From an uncultured Solirubrobacteraceae bacterium (GTDB lineage: Bacteria > Actinomycetota > Thermoleophilia > Solirubrobacterales > Solirubrobacteraceae): a stretch of 64,000 nt of DNA. The notes under the pieces are model-generated. The model saw only the letters and a list, made by a program, of their open reading frames with translations. It did no database searches and was not told the origin of the DNA. Below, in pieces: positions 10,381 to 19,817 of this stretch. The first letter of the stretch is position 1. Every line of letters starts with the position of its first letter. The translations under genes were made by a program, and so were the position numbers. The stretch is from positions 3,423-67,422 of the forward strand of contig CAXSFZ010000007.1 of NCBI GenBank assembly GCA_964236905.1, in the 5' to 3' direction.

Positions 10381-11478
10381 TCAGGGGATCAGGAGCTGGC
10401 GCAGCGCCTGTCCCTTCCCCAACTCCGCGAGGGCGTCCGGGGCATCAGCCAGCGGACGGCGAGCCGAGACCAGGACCTCGAGCTCCAAGCTGCCCTGCAT
10501 GAACAGGTCCACGAGCATCGGGATGTCGCGCTGCGGATCGATCGAGCCGTAGTTGGACCCGAGGATCCGCTGGTCGGCCTCCACCAGGCTCAGCGGGTCG
10601 AAGCGGGCGTGCTGCCCCCGCGGTGGCAGGCCGACCAGGACGGCCGCCCCACCGAGCCCGAGGAGGGCGATGCACTGCTCCGTCGTGGTCGTCTTGCCGA
10701 TCGCGTCGAAGGCGAAGTCGACGCCGTCGGGCAGCAGCCCGCGCAGCGCTGACACCGGATCTGCGGCCTGGGCGTCGATGACGTCCGTCGCCCCGAGCTG
10801 GCGCGCGAGGTCCAGCTTGGCCGGGACCACGTCGACCGCGACGATCCTCGAGGCCTCGGCCAGGCGTGCACCCTGCACGCACGAGAGCCCCACACCCCCG
10901 CACCCGATGATCGCTACGGTCGCGCCGGCCGGCACGTTCGCCGTGTTGCGGACCGCGCCGACGCCGGTCGACACTGCGCAGCCGACGAGCGCGACGAGGT
11001 CGAGGGGCGCGTCCCGACGGATCCTGATCGCTCCGGTCGCGGGCACCACCGCACGCTCGGCGAAGGACGACACGGCGCAGTAGTGGTGCACGCGCTCACC
11101 CTCGACGGAGAGCCTCGAGGTGCCGTCGAAGAGCACGCCCAGCGGTGCCGTCACCTTGGCGGCCGGCTCGCACTGCGCCGGACGTCCGCCGAGGCAGCTT
11201 CCGCATCGGCCGCAGCTCGGCACCCACGACAGCACGACGTGATCGCCGACGCTGTGGCTGCTCACGCCCGGGCCGAGGCTCGCGACGACGCCAGAGCCTT
11301 CGTGGCCGAGGACGACCGGCGCCGCGACGTCCCAGTCGCCGTTGACGACGTGCAGGTCGGAGTGGCAGACGCCGGCGGCGGCGATCACCACCTCCACCTC
11401 GCCGGGCCCGGGCGGCGCCAGGTCCACCGTCCTCAGCCGCGCGCGGGGCTCGGGAGGCGCGAAGACGATGGCCCTCAC
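10381..11478 (-). CDS. Zn-dependent alcohol dehydrogenase (MDR, class III-like)
   Basis: GVCHSD, LGHEG, CGRCGSC..C structural Zn site, GCGGVG. Confidence 0.92.
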   Translation of the reverse strand: MRAIVFAPPEPRARLRTVDLAPPGPGEVEVVIAAAGVCHSDLHVVNGDWDVAAPVVLGHEGSGVVASLGPGVSSHSVGDHVVLSWVPSCGRCGSCLGGRPAQCEPAAKVTAPLGVLFDGTSRLSVEGERVHHYCAVSSFAERAVVPATGAIRIRRDAPLDLVALVGCAVSTGVGAVRNTANVPAGATVAIIGCGGVGLSCVQGARLAEASRIVAVDVVPAKLDLARQLGATDVIDAQAADPVSALRGLLPDGVDFAFDAIGKTTTTEQCIALLGLGGAAVLVGLPPRGQHARFDPLSLVEADQRILGSNYGSIDPQRDIPMLVDLFMQGSLELEVLVSARRPLADAPDALAELGKGQALRQLLIP

Positions 11479-11801
11479 GCGGAGCGGCCAGGACCGGTGG
11501 TGCCCGTGGCGGCCGCCGTCACCTCACATCCGGCCTGGCCGCCCAGGGGCAGTGGACGAACGTCGACGTCGAGGTCGGCGCCCCGGCCATCCGCTCGTTC
11601 GTGACCACCGGCAAGGGGTGGTCGAGGACGGGGATGGCGGGCAGCGTGGGCGTGACCATCCTGGCCGCCGGGATCGCGCACCCGATCCGCCGGCCCGAAT
11701 CGTCGATGGCCAGCGCCGGGTCGAGGATCCTGCCCTGCTCCGGGTCGTCGGTCCGGGAGCGGCTCGCGCGCCAGGGACGTCGTCGTCTGCCCCATCGGCC
11801 G

Positions 11802-11968
11802 AATCTAGCGATGCTCACCGTATTGCACAACAACTGTGCGATATGACCCGTCGTGCCCTCAGGGTCGAGAGCCCTCGGGCGGTGCGCGGGACGGCGCGAC
11901 CGGCCGGGCGACGGAGTCCCCCGTGGAAACGTCCGGAACCCACGCCAGGGTAACGTTTGCTCAACAAT
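11802..11968. promoter_or_regulatory. Divergent promoter region with two GntR-type operators
   Basis: ATTGCACAACAAC at 11822-11834 and TTTGCTCAACAAT at 11956-11968; -10-like TAGATT (minus, 11802-11807) and TAACGT (plus, 11951-11956). Confidence 0.6.
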
Positions 11969-12139
11969 CACGCAGCCAGCAAGGGACAACGTGGACGCCG
12001 TGGGCTTCAGAAGGACTGAGAAAGCGGTCCGCGACGACGTCGCGGTCGAGAGGCCGCGGCACGCGGAGGACGTGCTCGCCGCCCCCGTCCCCGACGTCGA
12101 CGATGACCTCGCGCCCCGTACGCACCCGGGGCAGACCAC

Positions 12140-12802
12140 GTGATCGACCGGCGCGGTGCCGCAGACCGCATCGCCGCGGACCTCCGCGAGGACATCCTGG
12201 GCGGAGCCCTCTCGGCCGGGACGCCGCTGCGCGAGACCGAGCTGGCCGCCCGCTACAGCGTGGCGCGGAACACCATCCGCGAGTCCCTGCGGCTGCTCTG
12301 CAGCGAGGGGCTCGCGCTGCACGAGGTGCACCGGGGCGTCGCGGTCCGCAGCTTCACCGCCGCGGACATCGCGGAGCTCTTCGAGGTCCGGGGTGCTCTG
12401 GAGTCGCTCGTCTCCTCGCGCGTGGGGGCGCTCAGCGCGGAGGAGCGCGCAGGGCTCGTCGCACCGCTCGACCGCTCCGAGGAGGCGGCCGCGGCCGGCG
12501 ACTTCAGGTTGGTCCTCGAGCTCAACCTGCTCTTCCACCGCGAGCTCGTGGTGCTCGTGGGAAACCACCGACTGACGAGCCTCTTCGACGGCCTCGTCGA
12601 CGAGATCCGCCTCATCCTCGCCTCCCTCGAAGCGGACGTCGCCGGTCCCTGGCTCGCGCGCAACCGCGAGCTCCTGCGACTGGTGGACGGCAACGACCCG
12701 GCACGCTTCATCCAGGCGATCCTCGACTACATCGCCACGTCCCGGGAGGACCTCATCGCTCGACGTGCCGAGCGCTCGCCGCGGGTCGGGGGTGACGGCT
12801 GA
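12140..12802 (+). CDS. GntR family transcriptional regulator (FCD domain)
   Basis: wHTH LRETELAARYSVARNTIRESL; FHRELV and GNHRL in FCD domain. Confidence 0.92.
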   Translation: MIDRRGAADRIAADLREDILGGALSAGTPLRETELAARYSVARNTIRESLRLLCSEGLALHEVHRGVAVRSFTAADIAELFEVRGALESLVSSRVGALSAEERAGLVAPLDRSEEAAAAGDFRLVLELNLLFHRELVVLVGNHRLTSLFDGLVDEIRLILASLEADVAGPWLARNRELLRLVDGNDPARFIQAILDYIATSREDLIARRAERSPRVGGDG

Positions 12803-12823
12803 CGAGGCGCGGTGCTCCTCACG

Positions 12824-13753
12824 TCACGACCCGTCGGTCGTCTCCTCGCGCAGCGCCCGCCGGACGGCGAGGACGAGGCGGTCCCGGCGTCGCTCGGCCG
12901 AGCCCATCGAGCCGCCGTGCGCCGAGCGGACCTGCGCGACGTAGTCGGCGACCTGCGAGGCGCCGACCTCGAAGTCGGCGGGAGCGACGTACCCGGATCG
13001 GAGCTCGTCTGCGAGCAGCGCGACGAACGCCTCCAGCGCGTCGTCGCTGCCGGCGCCCAGGTAGGTGGTCTCCACGGGGCCCGTGACCGGCCAGCGGATG
13101 CCGGGCCCGTTGCGCATGACCACGTCGACATCGCTCGCCGACAGGATGCCCTGGTCGAGGAGGTAGAGCACCTCGCGCCACACGGCCGACTGGAGCCGGT
13201 TGCCGGCGTACCCGCGGATCTCCCTCTGGAGGACCACCGGTGCCGAGCCGACCTCGGTGAACAGCGCGAGCGCCTGCGCGGCCACCTCGCCGCGCGGAGC
13301 GCTGGCCACGATCTCCACCAGGGGGATGAGGTACGGCGGGTTGAACGGATGGGCGACGATCACGCGCTCGGGTCGCCGCCGGCAGCGGGCGACCATGTCG
13401 CGCAGGAGGAACCCGCTCGAGCTCGTCGCGATCAGGAGCTCCGGCGGCAGCCGGGCGTCGAGGTCGGCCAGCAGCGCCTGCTTGAGCTCGAGAAGCTCGG
13501 TCGCGCTCTCCTGGACGAACTCGGCTCCCGTCAGGGCCTCCTCCAGGGAGGTCGTGAAGCTCAGGTGCTGCAGGCCGGCGCCGGGGGCGACCCCGAGCCG
13601 CTGCACCGTCGCCCATCCGGCACGCACGCGCGCGCGCAGCGCGGCCTCCCGGGCGGCGTCGACGTCGTAGGCCACCACCTCATGGCCGGCGCGCAGGAAA
13701 TGGGTCGCCCACCCGCTGCCGATCAAGCCGGTGCCGATGCAGGCGATCCTCAT
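12824..13753 (-). CDS. 3-hydroxyacyl-CoA dehydrogenase family, L-carnitine dehydrogenase-like
   Basis: GTGLIGSGW, VQESATE, TSSSG, AHPFNPPYLIPLVE, GPGIRW. Confidence 0.8.
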   Translation of the reverse strand: MRIACIGTGLIGSGWATHFLRAGHEVVAYDVDAAREAALRARVRAGWATVQRLGVAPGAGLQHLSFTTSLEEALTGAEFVQESATELLELKQALLADLDARLPPELLIATSSSGFLLRDMVARCRRRPERVIVAHPFNPPYLIPLVEIVASAPRGEVAAQALALFTEVGSAPVVLQREIRGYAGNRLQSAVWREVLYLLDQGILSASDVDVVMRNGPGIRWPVTGPVETTYLGAGSDDALEAFVALLADELRSGYVAPADFEVGASQVADYVAQVRSAHGGSMGSAERRRDRLVLAVRRALREETTDGS

Positions 13754-14175
13754 GCGCTCCTCCGGTCTGCCGAGGGGTACTTGCCGAGCGCGCGTCGGAC
13801 CGGGTCGGGAACCGGGGTCGAACGTCCTCGTGCATCGACGAGCACCGACGTGCAGTCGGCGTCGAGCACCACCTCTCCGTCGACCGACAGCCGCTCCACG
13901 GTGGCGATGCTGGACCGCCCCACCGTCGTGCAGGCCAGGGCGCAGACCACGTCCCGCGCGCCGAGGACGACCGGCCGCCGGAAGCTCAGCTCGGCCCGCG
14001 CCAGCACCGTCCGCTCGCGCTCGATCCCGACCGAGACGAACAGCTCGTCACGCGCCTCTTCGAGATAGGTCAGGTACGTCGCGTTGTTCACGTGGCCGTT
14101 GGCGTCGAAATCGTTCCAGCGCGTCCGCACCGACCACGAGAACGGTGCTCCGCCGATGCTCGCACGGACGCTCAA
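13750..14175 (-). CDS. Acyl-CoA thioesterase (4HBT hotdog fold)
   Basis: RWNDFDANGHVNNATYLTYLEEAR; stop overlaps the dehydrogenase ATG; TTG start is approximate. Confidence 0.85.
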   Translation of the reverse strand: MSVRASIGGAPFSWSVRTRWNDFDANGHVNNATYLTYLEEARDELFVSVGIERERTVLARAELSFRRPVVLGARDVVCALACTTVGRSSIATVERLSVDGEVVLDADCTSVLVDARGRSTPVPDPVRRALGKYPSADRRSA

Positions 14176-14387
14176 CGCAGCGCTCCGGCGTCCGCCAGCA
14201 CGCTGACGTCGCCCTCGCGATCGAGCGCGCTGCCCACCGTCGCGGGGATCGTCAACGCGACGTCCGGTGGGGCATCCGGAGCAGACCGGGGGTCGCTCCA
14301 CCGACCAGCCGGGCGGAGGCCCGCGCTGGAGCCCCGTCAGGTCCGAGCATGCCTCCGAACCTACCGTTCGCACAACACTGCACGACT

Positions 14388-15167
14388 TCAGGCGTAGTGC
14401 TGCGCAGGAGCGAGTCGCACCGACTGCCGGAAGTCGAGCTCGTGCGTGGCGAGCAGCAGCGCCCCGGTCCGGCGCTCGATCTCCTCGACACGTTCCCAGG
14501 TGGCGATCAGCGCGTCCGGACTCCACACCACGGCCGGCAGCAGCCGGGCTCGCATCTTGTCCACGAGGTAGGTCGCGTCCGCCAGCAGGAAGATCGTCTG
14601 CCCCGGCAGGCGCACGAGCAGCGACTGGTGGCCGGGTGTGTGCCCGGGAGTGGCGTGGATGACGAGGCTCCCGTCGCCGAAGACGTCGTGGACGCTCCCG
14701 ACCGCCTCCCAAGTGAGCCCCTGGTCGAAGTCGTCGCGCACGTACGACGCTCGCTGGTAGACCGGCGGGTCGTAGGCGAAGGCGAGCTCCTCGCGTTGCA
14801 CCAGGATCGGCGCATGGCCGAGGCATCGCAGCCCGCCGCAGTGGTCGAAGTGCAGATGCGACTGGACGACGAGGTCGATGTCCTGCGGCCGCTTGCCGAT
14901 CCTCGCCAGCAGCCGCCTGAGATCGTGTTCGGGGCCGAGCCGGAGGTCGAGGTAGTTCGCCGCCTCCCCCAGGCGCCCGCGCGGATCGACGCCCAACGCC
15001 GGATGAGCGCCGCTGTCGAAGAGCACGGTCCCCGAGGGGTGCTCGATGACGTAGACGAAGTAGGGGGTGTAGACCTTCGTGCCGACGCGGGCGTCGAACG
15101 GGTCGAACATCGCCCAGTCCCCGACGTCACCGCCGGCGTGCAGCGCGTGGAGCCGGGACGCGGTCAC
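14388..15167 (-). CDS. N-acyl homoserine lactonase-like metallo-beta-lactamase fold protein
   Basis: SHLHFDHCGG (HxHxDH), DVFGDG, TPGHTPGHQSL, ADA, THE. Confidence 0.85.
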   Translation of the reverse strand: MTASRLHALHAGGDVGDWAMFDPFDARVGTKVYTPYFVYVIEHPSGTVLFDSGAHPALGVDPRGRLGEAANYLDLRLGPEHDLRRLLARIGKRPQDIDLVVQSHLHFDHCGGLRCLGHAPILVQREELAFAYDPPVYQRASYVRDDFDQGLTWEAVGSVHDVFGDGSLVIHATPGHTPGHQSLLVRLPGQTIFLLADATYLVDKMRARLLPAVVWSPDALIATWERVEEIERRTGALLLATHELDFRQSVRLAPAQHYA

Positions 15168-15231
15168 GGAGCGACCGCCGGCTCGAGGCGCGGCGTTCGA
15201 CGCTCGGGGCTCGGGCTGGCCGGCCCGAGCG

Positions 15232-15996
15232 TCACGGGGCCGCCGTCACGGCCACGCCGGCGCGTGCGAGTGCGACGCGCACGCGACGGGCGGTCTCCAC
15301 CGCTCCCGGCGTGTCGCTGTGGAGGCAGATGGAGTCGACCGCCACGACGGCGCCGCGTCCGTCGACCGTGGCGACGGGGCTGCCCGTCGCCAGCGCCAGC
15401 GCCTGCTCGGCCGCGCGTGAGCTCGCGAGCACCGCTCCCGGTTCCCGGCGGTCGACGATGCGCCCGTCCTCGGCGTAGCCCCGATCCCCGAAGCCCTCGC
15501 GGATCGGGGCGAGACCGGCCGCGACCCCGGCGCGCAGCAGCGCGGATCCCTCGGCGCCGAGGACTGCTCCGATCGAGGGCCGCTCGAGCGCGGCGGCGAC
15601 GATCGCCGCGCTCGCCTCCTCGTCATCCGAGCAGCGGTGGTAGAGCGCTCCGTGCGGCTTGACGTAGCGGACGAGCGCACCCTCCGCGGTGGCCGCCTCG
15701 TCGAGGAGCAGGAGCTGTCCCGCCGTCTGGTCGTAGATCTCGGCTGGGGCCAGGCCGAGCTCGCGACGACCGAAGCCCTCACGGTCCGCGTAGCCCACGT
15801 GGGCTCCGATCCGGACGCCGTTCGCCGCCGCCCGGGCACAGAGCACACGCATGATCCGCACTCCTCCGGCGTGCCCTCCGCAGGCGACGTTGGCGCTGGT
15901 GATCTGCTCCAGCAGCGCGAGATCCTCGTCGAGACCCTCCTGGGTCCCGCGCTCGCCGATGTCGGCGTTGAGGTCGACTCGACGTGCGGCGCTCAC
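15232..15996 (-). CDS. pxpA: 5-oxoprolinase subunit A (LamB/YcsF)
   Basis: DLNADIGE, SANVACGGHAG, GFGRR, VKPHGALY, SICLHSD. Confidence 0.9.
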   Translation of the reverse strand: MSAARRVDLNADIGERGTQEGLDEDLALLEQITSANVACGGHAGGVRIMRVLCARAAANGVRIGAHVGYADREGFGRRELGLAPAEIYDQTAGQLLLLDEAATAEGALVRYVKPHGALYHRCSDDEEASAAIVAAALERPSIGAVLGAEGSALLRAGVAAGLAPIREGFGDRGYAEDGRIVDRREPGAVLASSRAAEQALALATGSPVATVDGRGAVVAVDSICLHSDTPGAVETARRVRVALARAGVAVTAAP

Positions 15997-16003
15997 CGCC
16001 GGG

Positions 16004-16033
16004 AGCGTACGGGATTGTGCAGCAACTGTGCGA
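16004..16033 (-). promoter_or_regulatory. Promoter with GntR-type operator upstream of pxpA
   Basis: Minus strand TCGCAC-AGTTGCTGCACAATCCCG-TACGCT, 7 nt before GTG 15996. Confidence 0.65.
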
Positions 16034-16129
16034 TATCCGGATCCGAACGTCGGAGGCTGGTCGACCGGGGTGGGCGCGCGGGGATCTCCCCCCGGCGCCG
16101 TGCGCCGCGCGTCGGCCGGCGCGGCGCGC

Positions 16130-17434
16130 TCACCGCCGGCCGCCGGCGGAGCCGCCGGGCGAGAGCAGCAGCCGCTGCGTCAGCGGCCTGGCGGTGAGGC
16201 CGTGGACGAGGATCGAGGCGATCACGACGGCGACGGTGGTCCAGACCACGACGTGCTGCTCGGCCGCTCCGAGGACGCCGGACCGGGCCACCACCGCGGC
16301 GTAGAAGAGCGCCGCGACGCCGCGGACGCCGAAGAACCCGAGGAACACGCGCCCGCGGAGGTCCATCAGGCCGCTCGGGGTGGTGGCCAGCACGAGGACC
16401 GGGCGGACGACGACGATGACCAGTGGCGCGAGCAGCCACCCGGCCAGGCCCGGGGCGCCCAGGCCGCTGAGGGTCAGCATGGAGCCGACGAGCAGCAGGA
16501 CCAGCAGCTCCAGCAGCGTCCCGACGCGCTCGACGCCCTCGTGGAGCGGGTGGTGGACCTCGTGGTCGAACTCGTAGCGGCGGAAGGTGAACCCGGCGGC
16601 GAAGACGGCCAGCAGCCCGTAGCCGCCGAGGCCCTCGGCGGTGCCGTAGAGCAGCAGCGCCAGCCCGAGGCCCACGAGCCCCTCCAGCGCCGGGGCCACG
16701 ATGCCCCGCCTGACGCCGCGCGCCACGAGCCACGCGGCGCCCGCACCCGCGGCGGCGCCGAGGACGAGCGCGCCGCCCGCGGCGTAGAGCAGATCGGCCA
16801 GCGCCCACTCCCCGAGCCAGCCGCTGCCGCCGCGGTCGGCGGCGAAGAGGCCGAGGACGACGAAGGGCGACGCGAGCCCGTCGTTGAAGCCGGCCTCGGT
16901 GTGCAGGGAGAGGCGCGGCTCGCCGAGCACCTCGCCGCCGACGCCGCTGAGGCCGACGTCGCCGGCCAGCACCGGGTCGGTCGGCGCGAGGATTGCCCCG
17001 AGCAGGATCGCCGCGCCCCAGGACAAGCCCATGGCCGCCTTGGCGAAGAGGGCGATCGCCACGATGGTCACCGGCATCGTCACGAGCAGCAGCAGGGCGA
17101 TCGAGATCCACGAGCGGCGCGCGACGTGCCGCTCGATCGTCAGCCCGGCGGAGAAGACCGCCACGATGAGCGCGAGCTCGGCCACGCGCTCGAGCACCTC
17201 GGCGTCGGCCTCGGGATCGAACGGCGTGACGCCGAAGAGCCACAGGGCGACGGCGGCGAGCCCCCCGAGGGCGACGTAGGCGATCGAGGCGCTGAAGGCC
17301 CGCTCGGCGCTGATCGCGAGCGCGACGACGGCGACCAGCAGCGCCAGTCCGACGAAGGCCAGCGCCACCACCCACTGGTCTCCGAGGTGGAGGCCCTCCG
17401 AGAGGGCGAGAGGTGGCGCGGTCGTCGAGGCCAC
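16130..17434 (-). CDS. Cation:proton antiporter (CPA1/NhaP-like)
   Basis: LAPTDPVLA, EAGFNDG, FFGVRG; about 12 TM segments. Confidence 0.9.
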   Translation of the reverse strand: MASTTAPPLALSEGLHLGDQWVVALAFVGLALLVAVVALAISAERAFSASIAYVALGGLAAVALWLFGVTPFDPEADAEVLERVAELALIVAVFSAGLTIERHVARRSWISIALLLLVTMPVTIVAIALFAKAAMGLSWGAAILLGAILAPTDPVLAGDVGLSGVGGEVLGEPRLSLHTEAGFNDGLASPFVVLGLFAADRGGSGWLGEWALADLLYAAGGALVLGAAAGAGAAWLVARGVRRGIVAPALEGLVGLGLALLLYGTAEGLGGYGLLAVFAAGFTFRRYEFDHEVHHPLHEGVERVGTLLELLVLLLVGSMLTLSGLGAPGLAGWLLAPLVIVVVRPVLVLATTPSGLMDLRGRVFLGFFGVRGVAALFYAAVVARSGVLGAAEQHVVVWTTVAVVIASILVHGLTARPLTQRLLLSPGGSAGGRR

Positions 17435-17602
17435 GGGCGGGAGCCCTCCTGCGTCGGGATCGGTGTCGACGCCTCGCCGAGCACGCTTCCCGGCACGCCG
17501 CCCTGGACCCTAGCCGGTCGCGCACAGGTCCCCGCGAGGGCACTGCGCCTGCTGCAGCACGGCCGCTTCGGCGGTGGGCGGCCGCCGTCCCCGCCCGTCG
17601 CC

Positions 17603-18043
17603 TCAGCCGCGTGGGCTCCCGGGCTCCGCATCGCTGTCCGGGGCGATCACGTCGACGCGCTCCTGGCGCAGGACGTCCTCGAGGGTGCGCTGCTCGCGCA
17701 CGCGGTCCTTGTGCACGAGCACGCGCTCGTAGGCGACCACGACCGGCTCGGCGACCACCTCCTCGCGCCGGAGGACGAACTCGCGCGGCGGCTCGGCCTC
17801 CGGTTCGCCCGCGGCGGGGACGCCGGAGGTCTCCTCGGCGTCCAGACGCTCGACGACGAGCTCCTCGCGGCGCAGCACGAAGGTGCGGGTCACGGTCTCG
17901 GTGACGATGCGCTTGGCCAGGCGGACGCGCCCGGTCGGCGCCCAGCGGCCGGTGACCGAGAGCTCCTCCTCGAAGCGGGTCACCGCGACGCCCTCCGGGT
18001 CGCGATCGGTGATGGGGCGGTCGGCTGCGTCGGGCTCGCTCAT
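17603..18043 (-). CDS. YsnF/AvaK (DUF2382) domain protein
   Basis: EEELSV, GRVRLAKRIVTE, RREELVVER, YERV. Confidence 0.85.
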   Translation of the reverse strand: MSEPDAADRPITDRDPEGVAVTRFEEELSVTGRWAPTGRVRLAKRIVTETVTRTFVLRREELVVERLDAEETSGVPAAGEPEAEPPREFVLRREEVVAEPVVVAYERVLVHKDRVREQRTLEDVLRQERVDVIAPDSDAEPGSPRG

Positions 18044-18113
18044 GCGTTCTCCGCTCGGGTTCGGGTGGGCGCGTGGGGGCGGGCCGGCCAGCGGTCCGCC
18101 CCCGCGCGAGGGT

Positions 18114-18908
18114 TCAGGCGCGCTCGCTGCCGGTGGCCGGGCTCCCGGTGCCCGGGCCGCCTCGGCTCGCGGACTGCGCGCGGCCCGCCTGCTGCTCGCC
18201 GCGGGCCTTGCCGGTCTGGAGGTCCTGCTTGACCTGCTCCTTGTTGCGCTGGCCGGCGTCGTAGGCGTCGGAGAGCATCCGCGCCGCGACCTCGCGGCCG
18301 CCGAGCCCGAAGGCCAGCGCCCCGGCGAGGGCGAGCATGCCGATGAGCGCGGCGTAGGTGATCGTGACGATCTGCGGGGCGATGTTCAGCTGGTCGAGGA
18401 CCATGAACACGCCGATCGCCAGGATGAGCCCCGGGACGATCGCCCGGACGACCTTGCCGGTCGGGGTGTCGCCCATGAGCTTGTGCACCGCGCCGCCGAC
18501 GGCACCGGCCAGCGCCGCGGCGATCACGAAGATCAACACCGCGGCGATGATGTTCGGCAGGTAGGCCTGCACCTGGGCGATGAAGTCGGTCAGGGCGGCG
18601 ATCTTGAGCGCCCCGATGGCGGCGGAGATCGCGAAGAGGAAGATGAACCAGAAGGCGACGAAGCCGATGAGATGCGACGGCTTGGAGTCCGGACTGACCT
18701 TCTCGACGTACTTCCCGGCATCAGACTTGGTGAGGGTCTCGTCGACCTTGGTGGCCTCGAGGACCTTGTTGAGCGCGGTCTTCGCGACCTTGGCGATCAC
18801 GTAGCCGACCAGCAGGATCAGCAGCGCGCCGATGAGGTTCGGGATGAAGGCGAAGAACTTGTCGAAGCCCTGCTGGAGGGAGTCGCCGATCTTGACGGAG
18901 AGGACCAT
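18114..18908 (-). CDS. Conserved TM-helix repeat membrane protein (MscS N-terminal/CmpX-like)
   Basis: Two copies of (F/Y)(I/L)PN(L/I)I(G/A)A; ALAFGLGGRE. Confidence 0.8.
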   Translation of the reverse strand: MVLSVKIGDSLQQGFDKFFAFIPNLIGALLILLVGYVIAKVAKTALNKVLEATKVDETLTKSDAGKYVEKVSPDSKPSHLIGFVAFWFIFLFAISAAIGALKIAALTDFIAQVQAYLPNIIAAVLIFVIAAALAGAVGGAVHKLMGDTPTGKVVRAIVPGLILAIGVFMVLDQLNIAPQIVTITYAALIGMLALAGALAFGLGGREVAARMLSDAYDAGQRNKEQVKQDLQTGKARGEQQAGRAQSASRGGPGTGSPATGSERA

Positions 18909-18985
18909 GGGTGAGGCTCCTGAGGTAGTGAAGGGGGACCTGCGGTGGCCGCCGCGACGCGACGACCACCTGCTGCGGGACGGCG

Positions 18986-19774
18986 CTAGCGGCGCTTGGC
19001 GTCGCCCTTGACGTCGCCGTCCATCTCGATCTGCTCCTTGCGCACGGTCTCGTTCACCTGGACGTCCTCGGTGACGGTGTCCTTGTCCAGGCGGACGCGC
19101 TCCTTGGCCACGACCTCCTTCTGCACGACCGGCGTGTCGGCGCGGAGGGTGACCTCGTGCTCGGCCTCGGTGATCTCCGGGCCGTCGTGGGCCTTGTCCC
19201 AGTTCGCGTCGGTGATCGGCTCGGTGACCACCCGAGCGGTCTCGCGCTGCACCGGCACGGTGGTGGAGACCTTCTCCTCGACGATGTACTTGCGCAGGCG
19301 GGCCCTGCCGACCTCCTGCTGGCGCGTGCCGACCCGAAGCTGCTCCTCGGAGCGGGTCATCGCGTCGTCGGTCTCCGGGCCGGAGGCGTCCCGGCCCACC
19401 GTCTGGCGGCCGCGGTCGTACTCGGCCACCACGGGGTGGCTCTCGCCCTCGTAGTGCGAGTACCCGGCGATCCCGTAGTACTCGTACAGGCGGGCCTCCT
19501 CGGCTTCGGTGAGCTCGCCGTCGGCCTCCACGTTCGGCGCGTCCTTGATCTTCGCCTTGTCGTAGGCCAGGCGGATCTCCTCGCCGCGCAGGCTCGCGCC
19601 CTCGACGGGCACCAGCGAGTCGTTGGAGCCGAGCAGGCCGGTCTTCACGGCGGCGAACGTCGGCTCGCCGGTCTGGCGGTCGAGGTACAGGTGGTCGACC
19701 TTGCCGACCTTGTCGCCGTCGGGGCCGACGGCGTGCTTGCCGGCCCAGCTTCGAACTTCGTCAATCGTGGGCAT
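18986..19774 (-). CDS. PRC-barrel plus DUF2382 (YsnF) domain stress protein
   Basis: GDKVGKVDHLYLD, VKTGLLG, KDAPNV; DDAMTRSEEQLRVG; RBS AAGGAG before ATG 19774. Confidence 0.9.
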   Translation of the reverse strand: MPTIDEVRSWAGKHAVGPDGDKVGKVDHLYLDRQTGEPTFAAVKTGLLGSNDSLVPVEGASLRGEEIRLAYDKAKIKDAPNVEADGELTEAEEARLYEYYGIAGYSHYEGESHPVVAEYDRGRQTVGRDASGPETDDAMTRSEEQLRVGTRQQEVGRARLRKYIVEEKVSTTVPVQRETARVVTEPITDANWDKAHDGPEITEAEHEVTLRADTPVVQKEVVAKERVRLDKDTVTEDVQVNETVRKEQIEMDGDVKGDAKRR

Positions 19775-19817
19775 CTGGGGTGACTCCTTGCTTGGGATGT
19801 GATGTGCCGGTGCGTGG

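Noticed and set aside
15851-18232. Long Arg/Pro/Gly-rich ORFs (also 4112..7027, 23371..26061, 48277..51594, 52636..55347, 56683..60354)
   Set aside because: Shadow or antisense frames of recognisable genes; stop codons are rare at this GC content and no motifs are present
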